A stretch of 64,000 bases of DNA, taken from contig NC_134028.1 of NCBI RefSeq assembly GCF_964204645.1, positions 15,259,653-15,323,652 of the forward strand. Direction: 5' to 3'. Source of the DNA: Tubulanus polymorphus. Taxonomy: Eukaryota; Animalia; Nemertea. Of the stretch, positions 36,611-48,723 are shown in pieces. The number at the start of each line of letters is the position of its first letter. The stretch's first letter is position 1. The position numbers were made by a program, and so were the translations under genes. Under the pieces are notes generated by a model. It had not been told where the DNA came from and made no database searches. It saw nothing but the letters and a program-made list of their open reading frames with translations.

Positions 36611-39600
36611 TGGCTATAAGGTAATGTTTTTATACCATCATCTGAAATATGCCTTTTATCATCAAATGGATTTAAACTAGTTTTTTCAACTTCATTAATG
36701 TACATCTCATGATCTTCTGATCTTAAACAATTCATTTTGTGTTTCATTACAATTGATTTATATAAACACTTTATATAATCTTGAAATTCTATATGTTTAT
36801 CAACCACATGTTTTGTTATTCCTTTTAACTTTTTAGCTTCATGATCTTTTGTTCTGTAACTATACATTTTACTTCTTATCCCAACAAATTCAATCATTTC
36901 ATCACCCCCTAATTCATCTTTAAATTTACCAGGAATCTTTTTATTATCATTGCTAAACAATTCATGATCTTTGGGGTAATTGCTAAAATCAAAATAATGT
37001 TTTAATGTTTTTAAGTCTTTTGTTATATTATTTGTCTTGATTTTTAGTATGTAGGCGTCAGTATTGACCGCTATTAATGGAAATCCACAGTTAAATGTAC
37101 CATCTTCAGTTGATAAATCATAAACATAATCTGTTGGGTTATATATTTCAAATAAATCCTTAACTTCTTCTGTTAACTCATTTTCTACATGGCTTAAATT
37201 AAAGCAATTTGGTTTAGATTTAATCAATCCAATATTCATATTAAATCCTAATGAAGTGCATAATATATTCAATCCTGATATAGCAACTTTTCCTTTTTGA
37301 GCTAAAGATATTGTTTTGCGGTTTTGGAAACTTTTTGAACCATCTGCTGCATAGAATCCAATGAAGAACCATTTTCTTAAATTATTTTTTGCATTTAATA
37401 CATAATCTGGAACTATCTTTTCTTTTGTTGAAGTATTACTTTTCACTATTGCATGAATATAGAATTCGTTATTATATTTTATAGCAAAATCTTTAGGATT
37501 ATTCACATGTATTCTATAACATTGTGATGATTTCATAACATCTATGATTTTGAATGTTTTATGTGAATAAACTTCTTCACAGAATTTCTTAATTCTTTCT
37601 AATAATTTTTAAGTCTTGATTGCATAAATACCAACAATATTTAGTTCCACTAACATAATTATACACACCTGCTGAACCATCACCCATGAAAAATCCTTTG
37701 ATAAAATATTCTTTTTCTTCCAATGTTTCGGGTTCTATATTATAAATATTATCAATTATTTCATCAAATGATATATGATTCATTCTTAGGAAAAATCTTT
37801 TATGTAATAATTCATCTCCAATTTTTATATCAGTTGGTTTTATTTCATTACCATTTTGTTTAATCAAACTATGGTCTTCAGTAATATCAACAAATCCTAA
37901 TTTAGTTCTAACTCTATAGATTTTCTTATTCGTTTTATGTCTAATTATATTCTTTAATTTTGTCCATCCATTTCTTGTCCAAACATCCATTAAACCATTT
38001 ATTTGTATTAATTCTTTTTCTCCATATGAAATATAACATTCATTTTGTTTTGGAATTATTTCTGAAATTCTTCTTATCAATATTTTATCATTACATTTTA
38101 ATAATATTGGGGTGTCTGCTGTAACAGAATCAAAGTATAGAATTTCTATATTCTTTTCCCCAAAATGAGGTTGTAATACATTATAATAGAATTCATACAT
38201 TAGTAATTTTGATAATTCTAAAACAGTCGAACCAATAAATATAGGTTTATTGAATTTAATAGACGTTCTTTTTAATTTTACCGCGGTTAAATAATCCTCA
38301 AATCTTTTATTTCCTAAATGTCTAGGACTTGATTGTAGGTGTCTCAATCGTTCAGAATTATTTACTAATTCAATATCATTTCTATTTCTAATATTTTCAC
38401 ATGTTTTACCATAAAAACTATTATTCATTAATTTGAAGAAATCTTTTTCAAAATCTGTTTTTGATATGGTTCTCTGTTGAGTATTGAAATCTATATATTT
38501 TTCTAACCACTTTGATTGATTAAATTCAATATATCTATGTACTTTCTTTAATTTCATTCCTTGTTTTAGATAAAATTTTAACATTCTATAATGAACAATA
38601 TAATTGTATTTATTATTTTGAGTAAGTATTAATTTTTCTGTAAAAACATGATCTTTCGGTTTTATTTTCTTCTGGTATTCACTTAAATAACTATCATCTA
38701 CAGTTAAATGTTCTGGGCAATAAGGTAAGTTTCTTGTTTTAAACTTTATATTTTCAGGATATTCTAAATCAACTACAAAGAAATAACCAATTGGTGCTTC
38801 ATCTTTTAAACTAATAATTGCGCTTTCCCAATCAGTTTTATCACCATTTTCAACTTCTGTTAATATAAAATTTTTATATGGTTGAGGTTGCATCATTGCC
38901 CAACCATATAAATTATTGGCGTCAATATATAATAATTTATATTCATCATTTGCTTTAAAATACCTATCTCCCATAACACCACTAATTCCACCTCTAATTG
39001 ATTTTTCAAATAATAAAACCATATCTGGTTCTTTTAATAAATCTAATTCTACATTTGTATATTTTAAACCACATTGCCAGGTTAAACCAGGACTAGAATA
39101 ACAATAACAAGGATCAACATTAAAATGATTCAAATTAACTTCTCTAAATTTTTCAAATATGTCAGCCAATATCATAACATCTGATTTTAAATATAAATCA
39201 ACTAATTCACCATGATTTTTCATCTTAAAATGGTTCCAAATATTTAATGTTCTATTAAACACTTCATCTTTCACATACTCCTCTTTTAATTGATCATAAA
39301 ATTGATCTTTTAATAATTCTGTTACATTAAAATCATCATGTGTTTTATAAAATGAATAAGGAATTGCGCCTTTATATCTCAATAATTTAAAATCTTGTTC
39401 ATTTGGATAATAATATCGAGTTATAACAAAATCATTATCAACTAAACTTTTTGATAAATTATCTAATGAACTTGCTAGAAATCTATAAGAATCTAAAAAT
39501 CTAATGCAACCAAATTGAAATGAAATATAATTTTCAGATGTTTTAGCTAATAGTTTAAAATCATATTTTCTTACATTTATACCATTCATAGCATTATATT

Positions 39601-41669
39601 CTTCTATTTCTTGATTAATTGCGCCCAATTTTCCCGATAATTGTTTTATAAATAGATGGGTATCATAGCCTGATAAATTATGAAATAATATTGGTACGAA
39701 ATTAACTTTCTTAGCTTGTAAATTGCAATCTTCATGAGCAGCTCCACGATATTTTGAATTCAAATGATCATGATCTCTAACTCTTTTATCAAATGAATAA
39801 AAACGTTTTTCACAATAACAACAATGAGTTGCATAATTAAAATCAATTTCATCTTCTTTTGTCATAACTATTCTTTTATTTTTGTTTAATAATTTTGTAA
39901 AATCACTTTCTAATTCAATCACAACAAAAATCATTAACTACATTTTCACCTCTAAAAGAAATATATTGACTTTCATATAATTCGGGATAATTTGATTTGA
40001 TGTAAATTCCATAAGCAGCAGCTCTTTGATGAACTTTTTTAATTGTATTTATAATTGGTGGGTCTTGTATTGCGTCTTCATTTAATTCATTTCCTTTATC
40101 CATTGATTTTAATAATTGCTTTTTGTTATATATTTCTTTTCTATCTTGATCAGTTAATTCTTTATTCAACGATTCAAAATCCCCATAAATTACAAATGGA
40201 ACAATATTTTTAAATTTATGATTAGTAAATTTCAATTTATAATCTTTTTCTGTTGGCATTATTAATTTACAAAAATCTTTATTATCACATAATTCTTTAT
40301 GTTTTAATAATGTATTCTCAGTTCTAAATTTAGATAAACATTTTCTACATAGATAAATTTTATGGCTGTTAAAATCACTTTCTGTTCTAAAGAATAAATC
40401 AATTTGATTTAACCACATATAATGTTCATTTTCATCTTTTTTGTAATATAACAAATCTATAGCATTTTCATCATCATAATATTCTGTTAAATATAAAGCT
40501 TCCAATGTATAATCTTTAATATTTTCACCTTTTGTCTTTGGTAATTGCATTAATTCGAATACATTTATTTTTAAATTATTAATTTTTTCGATTTTAGGAA
40601 TCATTTTTATAGTTACTGGATATTGATCAATTTTATATAATGTTTCATATTTCCGATAATCTGTTATTCTACAAACATTTTCCTGTGTTGGATGTAAGCA
40701 ACTAATAATTGACCATAGAAAACATTTGTTGTCTTCATTTTGAACATTTATTACTGCTTTTGTTGTAAACGGTAATTTGATATAACTTGATGCTTTCATA
40801 TCTTTTTCTGTTATAAAGTTTGAATCATTTTTAAACATTTTATTACTTTTTGATGTTTTATTTCTTTTTGTATTATAAACATTTAAATCTAAATATATAA
40901 TTTCATTCAATGTTAAGCCAGAACCCTCAAAATATCTTTCTTCAATATGACGTTTAAATTCATTTAATATTTTTTCTAACTTCTCTTTTATTTGTGTTTT
41001 TGAAATTATTTCTTCAGAGTGTGTTTGAATATTATAATTCATTTTTTCTTCTGACTTTATAAAACTTACTTTCCCAGAGATACTAATTTTTGGATATTCA
41101 ACATCTGTTATCAAATCTAGTAATTTTTCTATTATTTCATTAAATTTACTATAATCTTCTATTGTTGTACCTTTAAAGAATCTAAATATAATAGCTGCAG
41201 GACCAATTTTACTATGTAATGTTTCTAAGATTTCAATTGTATCTTTTATTTCTAGTGAATCAATATAATTTCTAACATTTTCCATGTAAGGTTTATTTGA
41301 AATGGATTTAGTTTTTGAAGTTGGTTTTTTTACTTTTTGAGTTTTATCGTCAAAATAATCTTTTCTTAAAACATTATTACTCAAATTTTGGTGGTGTTTT
41401 TGTGATTCGAGATGTCTATTATAATTCCTTTTTACTATAAATTCATTACAAACTTCACATTTTATTTCATCCACATTCATATTTTCTAATCGTTCTTTTC
41501 TTTCATTGGAATTTTCTGGAGTTTCAAAATCTATAACATTTTTTATATGATTTGAAGATTTTTCATGTTTAGATTTATTAGATTTATCGATGTATTTTTT
41601 ACAATATTGACAATAATATTGATTTTTATTGACATTATTGTTTTCTAGTTGGTGTTCATTCTCCCCCAT
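36607..41669 (-). pseudogene. Protein-primed family B DNA polymerase with intein and two frameshifts
   Basis: Exo I YGDFES, Exo II FHNLSGYD, Exo III YLKSDV, Pol A YIDANNLYG, Pol B KLMNNSFYGK, Pol C YFD/TDA, GKFKDE and RSKMY. EndoVII-like CCYC..DHDH..CN insert. Frameshifts at ~39925 and ~37607. Confidence 0.95.
37063..38128 (-). mobile_element. Intein with LAGLIDADG homing endonuclease (~355 aa) in PolB motif C
   Basis: Block A SVTADTPI, block B VDITEDHSL, LAGLIDADG motifs FIKGFFMGDG and FFIGFYAADG, block F YVYDLST, terminal Asn followed by +1 Thr. Removal restores YFDTDA. Confidence 0.92.
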
Positions 41670-41754
41670 TTATTAGGAAAAAAAATTACTTGTGGTGATG
41701 AGTGGTGTCTCGTACTCTCGTACTCTGATCTGAAAACGCCATCTTCTAATTACT
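41665..41754 (-). repeat. Polinton right terminal inverted repeat
   Basis: Exact reverse complement of 24591-24680. Confidence 0.97.
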
Positions 41755-42920
41755 CACAAGCACAGGCTAACTACGTTAAAAATCCTTAAGTCGACGATCA
41801 GGAACCAACGACGAGAAAACGTTCCTAAAACTTCAAACCGTAAATTTCACTTTATTTTCTTCGATATATCGGAGAGACGAGGCTGGACATCCAACCCGCT
41901 CAAAAGCTACAACTCGAATCTTTGATTTCTTTCAACAAATTTTCAACCAGGATACTATTACATAAGACACCAAGGGTGGCAGAGACCAGAAGGCAGTTAT
42001 CGAAACAATACACACTGACTGACACTTCAAGTACATTTCTAAAACAAACAAACAGTCTGACACTCCAAAACTGACTGACACCCTGCCCCCTTAGTAACAT
42101 CAATGAAAATAAGACGATATTTGTAAAATAAGAAATAGAAATCATAAACAAGACATAAAAATGCTCTGTTAATTTAGACTAAATTTAGTTAAATATCTAC
42201 GCTGTGATAGTTTTCCCGTGGGGATACCCACTGCCGGACATGGCACCGGACCGATCGATGCACTGAGTTATGTTCGAATCCCATTATTTGCAGGCTATTT
42301 CATCGGAAATTATGCGATTCCGTTGACTGGCTGCAACCTACAGCAGCAGCCAGAATCAAGTAGGAAGAAGAGATCACCTGGGCGAAGTTCGGTTATCGAA
42401 GTTAGTCGACTTTTTGCGAACTTCAGAACGAATATTATCAGTTGAATTTGAGCACCGTTCGACCTGGCCGTAGTTCGTGGTTCCAAACTTGGGGTCCTAG
42501 GACCAAACAAGTACCGATTTAGTAACAATATGATTTTTATTTGATTCAAATAATCAGCAACAAATATGTAATAGCTGTCATTAAGAAAACCAGCGGCATC
42601 TAAAAAAACGAAACCATTTTATAATCTCTAATATCATTTCATTTCGTAAACTTTCCCAGGTAAACTACTGATTTACCACCGATTTTATTTGATTCGTTCA
42701 GTATAGTACACTGCGATACTGTGCATCACAGATTAAGTTGTTGACTGGCGATATAATGAATTATCACATACTGGTACCCGTTTATGAAAACATCTGTCCG
42801 ATGCCTTGTCCGACAGTAGGTATCCCCACAGGAAAACCCGGTTACGATTTATAGTGAAAATGAAGAAATTCCGTGTTTTTGAAAAATTCCGCGACTCCGT
42901 TCCTCGATATGACAACACTG

Positions 42921-43126
42921 CAGATTATGATTCAATATTTTCTGATATATTCTCGGCCCATGCCGATTAATAACAGGGCGATTTTACGGCTGTTGGGTGC
43001 AGTTCCTTTTTCAGTTGCCACGAGATAATTTTCAAACTCACATTCAAAATCTCTCCATTCCCCGATTAAATTGTTACATGCGAGCCTCTGTGGGCTAAAC
43101 TTCGGCGGGGACAACTTTTCCATCAC
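42921..43126 (-). pseudogene. Ty3/Gypsy gag remnant, 5' part
   Basis: NLIGEWRDFECEFENYLVATE...RKIALLLIGMGRE is a typical gypsy gag N-terminus and joins 24480 across the TSD. Confidence 0.8.
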
Positions 43127-43139
43127 GACAGGCTTGAAA

Positions 43140-43431
43140 CTTCTGACACCATGTTATGTTTGTCCCGATGCATAATGATTTAAACTCAAGCCGACCAAAA
43201 GAATAGAACGGCAACCATTGATATCTTGTATCAATCTACAAAATTTATTTTCGCCAGATGGCGACACCACACAGTACAGAGTATTCATGAGGTGAACAAT
43301 GACCAGTATGTATGGTGACTAAGTAAACTGTAATTTATTTCTCTACTCAAAACAGCATATTCATGCGGGGCTTACATAGGCTGGGTTAGATGTACTGAGG
43401 GGAGTACGTTACTGGCAACTGTCAGACAACA
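43140..43431 (-). mobile_element. Primer-binding site and probable 5' LTR of the Gypsy element
   Basis: Minus strand reads ...CATAACA|TGGTGTCAGAAG (LTR end plus tRNA-complementary PBS). AATAAA lies within. The outer TG boundary near 43431 is tentative. Confidence 0.6.
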
Positions 43432-46400
43432 TTCCCGACAACTATTAAAAGATATCCTATCATGAATGAAACTATTGAAAGCCACATCCAGTGTAGATCA
43501 TTTCAACAGTAACCAGCCTGTTAGGTTCATATACCATTTATTATTAGTCAGTTATTCGTGTTTCACGTGGTTGATATTCATTTGTGTTTTTGAGTCTGTC
43601 ATACAGTTGTTACTGCAATTGTATACTGTTGCGCTCTTTATACACTAATTTAAGTCTCGAAATACCACCTTGGTTTGTGATTTTCAGTGTATTCAAACCT
43701 TTTCTATTCGCTTCATTGGCAGTCAGGTTTAAATTTTATGTCTAATGCATTTTTCGATGCCATTTCTACTACTGGCTGCGAGTGGAGCGAGTCTCTCTTT
43801 GACTCCACAGGAAGATGCCGGTAACGTGTTGTAAGTAAATGAAATTACCCTTATTTTTGTGAAACTATTTGACTTAAAATCTAGTGTATTTTTATATGCT
43901 GATTGAAATATTAATTTGTACTTAGTATCTGTGTTTTTAAATTGCAGAAAACGTATGATTTGATCGTTCAACTAGAATAAAAGAACATACGAATATATGT
44001 ACGATTGATTATCTTAAACGAGTCTTGCTCTTATCTTTGAGGTGCCGATATATCGTTTAACATGACGCATAACGCATTGGATGACGATGATGGTACTATA
44101 TCGGACCCCAGAGCGGCTCGCTCCGAAGCAGTAAAGAAACAAAAAAGAAGTAGAGCTGGATTCAAGTCCGCGCTGACCGCAAAGAGAAATGGCCTGCGAA
44201 TAGAATCTTCTATTGACCAATCTCATAATCTTCTTGCTAAATACTTCATACGACTCTTCCTCCTCATCGAAATAAGTTTCCGCCTCGTCGCATTGTATTC
44301 AACCGTGACATCACTAATAGCGTTACGATTGCGTAACTGAAATCAAACAATGGAGCTGAGCTAAGGAAATTCTCAGTACTTTAATCAGCTGTAAGAACGT
44401 TTTAGAAGAGGTTGGTTATATGGCGAAGATAGTGATACACCGGTCACAATCCTCTCCTTAGTCGTTGATTCATATAAGCGATGATCGGTCCCTGGCGAGA
44501 GAATGTGTCCGTGCACAAACCCAAGTAAAAACTAGAATGCCGAAAATATGAATGAATATAATAATAGTAAAACGAATTTTATTTACCTTGATAAGTAATC
44601 TAAGCTTGCTTACCAGTTAAAACACAATCCAGATCCTAGCTCTTAAAATGATTTCTAGCCTACACTCCTGTTGGTAACCGTCTTCCCAAACAAAACTCTC
44701 TAAACGAGGTCTTGAATATAACCTCCGAATCGTCATGACTGTCATGACTGTTTTGGTCATGTAGAATTTAGCCCTAATGATTCGCTGATCTAAAATTATT
44801 TTCAAAACTGATTTGCTAAAACTAACTTTTTCCTTCCAACCATCCTGTCATGACGCGGAATGATTTACTCACTCCTTGCTTATCATCGTTGAGAGAACAG
44901 CTATTCTTTGCGAACCAACAGACGTATACAACAAGAGAAACTTTGGAGAGCTAGTATCAACATTTAACACGAATTAATCATCCTAAAACTTAGCGATTAT
45001 TAACATTTTGTTCCTAAATACCATCCAGATTACTCAAATTAGATATATTTTCAAAACTTTGTTTTCATCACAAAGTACGGTACGGTACAGCAAGATCCCT
45101 TCACGAGCCACATTATTAATACACTTCATTGTTCCGACCCAACCAAACACGGTTCCGTCTATTCAGAAAAGGAAACTTTAGTATACATATAACGACCTGA
45201 GATGTTACTTATTGAAATAAATTGCCCATGGGCAAAGTGTGGTTTACCTTGAAAGCTAGAGGTTGTTTGGGGTAAGGGCATTGCTTGAAAAATCTTTTTA
45301 ATTCGTGACTTCAAAGTTCTACAAGTTTAATTATTGTATTTTATCTTTCTTAAAGGATTATTTTGTAGTCAAATAAGACCAAAGATATACATTTGTTTAC
45401 GGTCCAAATCCAAAATTTCGCAGGGTACAGGTAGGCGCGGCATGGAAACTATTTTATATTTTCAAAGAAACATTTTTCATAATGTGAAAAAATGTTCAAA
45501 TATAATAGATATGATGTCACATATCAGAGTGTGGCTGAATGTATGGCTGCGGAAGCTAAAATACCGGTGCAGTAAGAAATCGGCGTGTTAGATCGTTTTA
45601 AATCCTGGAATTTACCACTACAATATTCAGACCTCGACCTATACCTATAGTTTGCTGCTTAGTATTTTCAGGTCACAAGAAATTACAATTTATTACAAAT
45701 TCTATCAAACAGAAAACACAGCGCTCATCTTCTGCTGATGTAATGTCAAACGCGCCAGCAAGCAGCGTTACAGTATCACTATAGTAGTGTATACTGTACG
45801 CGCGTGTGTTTGTGTGCGCAACAGTCTAATCTAATGATTTCATCGCGCGCACGTGGAGGCCTTGTGTAAGTGAATGTTCGCTTACACGTACTTCAATGTC
45901 AATCATATCAATCACCGGGTATTAAAATGAAACAATACCTATGGCGGATAATAATTACATTCTCACCAGTAATGAGCATTTGAAATTCGCACGTATACGG
46001 CACCTAGTCCAATGGAACGTTCGTCATTCTATGGCTTTCCCATAATTATTTTAGTAGCGCCGGAATTCCCCGTATATCCCAAAAACAGCCAATCATATTC
46101 GCTCGTAGAGACAACGCCCCCAATCGAGGTCATTGCAATTTTATACGCGAGAGCTAAGAATTTTCCCGCCAAAAACAGTTTCGCCATGTCTTCAGTCGCA
46201 TCGATTATACGTCTTTTAAGCCGAGAAGCAATGAAATAAATGCTCACATAAAAAAACGTACCGCGATTTTACATGAATTGGCTCAATGCCAACTTCATAT
46301 AGCTGACAAAGGTAAACCAAAAAGGAGCACGAATTAGCCATAATAGTTAGCGAATAGTCATCTATTTATCCTTCACTCCGTGCGTATAGTTTGATAATTC

Positions 46401-47265
46401 GTTTCATGTAAGTAAACAGCTATTTGAAGGATTCGAAACCGAAATCTGTATTGTGAATTTTTTAGTTGTACTTTGTTTGATTCTAGGTGTTTATCACGAA
46501 TAGGACATGATTCATTTTGGGAGTTTGTCTGCGAGTTTGTATACTGTCAAATGAAGTTTCTTCGTCAATTTGTCGTATGTAAGTATCCATCTATAGGTTA
46601 TATATTAGAGGTTCGATACAGAAATTTGGTGAATTACTCAGATTTATTTCAATTTATTCCAGGTTGTTATCAGAAAAATATGTATTTCATAGGGTGGTCT
46701 TTGATTGAAAACTAAAAATGGATGATAGTTCTAAATTTGATGTTGATTCACATGACCAATCTAGTAAGTATGGCTCGCTCATCTTTTAAAAAAAGAGACC
46801 TATTGCATTAACCCTTCAATTCAAGTTGCTATACAACCTTTTATACAGATATTTACCTTATCAATATAAACATGTATTTGCCATTAGCCATAAAATTCAG
46901 TAAAACTTTTTCCGTCCAGATTTTGAAACATCATTTGACTCAATTTTTCCTCCTAGAAAATTGCTTTAGCTCATTCCAATGTTCGCAGTAAAAGTGAACC
47001 CATCCATCAATTTTGTCTTGTTTCGTATTTTCAGCGAAAACCATCTCGAAAAAGTCTGACGTCGAGGCAGGTGGTGGCCAGAAAAAGAAATATTCTTGGG
47101 AAAAATTTAAAGAAGCATGGCAAAGACACTTATTGTTCACTTTTTTCCTATCCTTATTTTGAAATTGAAGTTTCGTAATAAACTATTGATTTATTTTTGT
47201 TGATCAACGGAGCTAGTTTTGTTGTTTTCTTTCTTAATTTACATTTGATTTGGATGGTCATCTTG

Positions 47266-48723
47266 TATGGGCGGCCATTCCCGCCAAAAATCAGAGTTTC
47301 GTCCATTTTTCTGTACTTCGACAAAATGTCATAGTACACCGCCAAAATGTGTTAGCGTAACGTCAAATTGTGTAATGCGGCTAAATAACACAGGAGGGCG
47401 ACACTGTACGGACAGTATTTTGCGGTATTTTTCTCGCATTGCGATCATCTCAAGGTCGTTTTATTGAAATAATTTTGCGAGTATCAAATCGACAAATCGT
47501 ATCATATTCCTTAAACCCAATAAAATGATTTTATTGTTACTTTAATTTGTTAATACTATAATATATAGTAATAATGTACGGTAAAATAGCGGAAGTAAAT
47601 ACTTTGCCGTAAACCTATTGAAGCCCTGAGACGACATCTTGAGTTCATGAGTTCCGAGTTCATAACTTCCTGAGTTCTCAAGTTCATGAGTTCGTCTAAT
47701 GAAAAAAGCCTGCGATACCGAAACGTCGAATGTAAACACGATGCTCTATCAAAGACCCGCGTCTCAGGCTCAGACGACACTGAATAACCAGCGATTAATG
47801 GTATGTTGAAGGGCGCCTCCGTTCCTCCTCTGGTAGGTAGCTCGGATTTTCTGTGCGCGGGCTAGAGAGAAGGGTGACTCCGATTAACCGGTGACTCTCG
47901 ATGAATCTGCTCAGGTTTTAATGATGAAAAAGATAACAAACGCTCGTTATGAGAAATTTTTAAACATCTATTTATTTTCTATAAACCATTAAGAAAGCTG
48001 ATGTCTGATGATAGACTGGTTGCCGGTCGACTTCATATGACTGCCAGTGCAGAATTGGGCACAGTCAACCAGTCTTGGTTGATGCTGGACATCATTTTTT
48101 TAGTTAATTCATGACGTAATCGGATTTAGCATCCTGATAATAGGATTCTTTATGTCGCAAAATTTCATAGTGTTGTACATGCCCAAATAAACTCGAAATA
48201 TCTTCACCAAGAATCTTAGTGTCTGATGTACCACAGTTGTACCACAGTTGGTTACACTAGGATCGTAGAGCGACGGAGATCACTGGTGGAGACAACCACT
48301 GCCAGTGCTGGGTGAAGAAATATCATAAACTCTGGAAGTTATGAACTTGGGAACTCATGAACCCAAGGTGTCGTCTCAGGGCTTCCATATAGGGCCTCCA
48401 TACCTGAGACGACATCTTGAGTTTATGAGTTCCGAGTTAACTAATAAAGTAATAATAAATTCATTTTATTGGGTTTAGGGAATATGATACGATTTGTCGA
48501 TTTGATACTCGCAAAATTATTTCAATGAGACGACCTTGAGATGATCGCAAAGCGAGAAAAATACCGCAAAATACTGTCCGTACAGTGTCGCCCCCCTGTG
48601 TTATTTAGCCGCATTACACAATTTGACGTTACGCTTACACATTTTGGCGGTGTACTATGACATTTTGTCAAAGTACAGACAAATAGACGAAACGCTGGTT
48701 TTTAGCGGGAATGGCCGCCCATA
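47266..48723. mobile_element. Foldback DNA element with ~270-bp TIRs and a nested inner inverted repeat
   Basis: TATGGGCGGCCATTCCCGC...GCGGGAATGGCCGCCCATA, flanked by direct repeat ATCTTG. Inner IR gaagccctgagacgaca.../...tgtcgtctcagggcttc. Confidence 0.8.

Larger units (their letters stand above)
24591..41754. mobile_element. Full-length Maverick/Polinton (endogenous polintovirus), 17,164 bp
   Basis: Perfect 90-bp TIRs starting AGT, 6-bp TSD CACAAG (24585-24590 and 41755-41760), and intronless AT-rich genes for pPolB, integrase, ATPase and capsids. Confidence 0.97.
24481..42920. mobile_element. Non-autonomous TIR DNA transposon (~1.3 kb of own sequence) that hosts the Polinton
   Basis: ~80-bp imperfect TIRs C(G/A)GTGTTGTCATATCG...TTTCTTCATTTTCACTATA. 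Direct repeat CAGATTATG at 24472-24480 and 42921-42929. Confidence 0.85.

Noticed and set aside
44062-44340. Possible BEL/Pao gag N-terminus (KRSRAGFKSALT)
   Set aside because: Too short, with no supporting domains or termini.
45930-46250. Possible LINE endonuclease start (HLVQWNVR)
   Set aside because: A single weak motif with no continuing frame.
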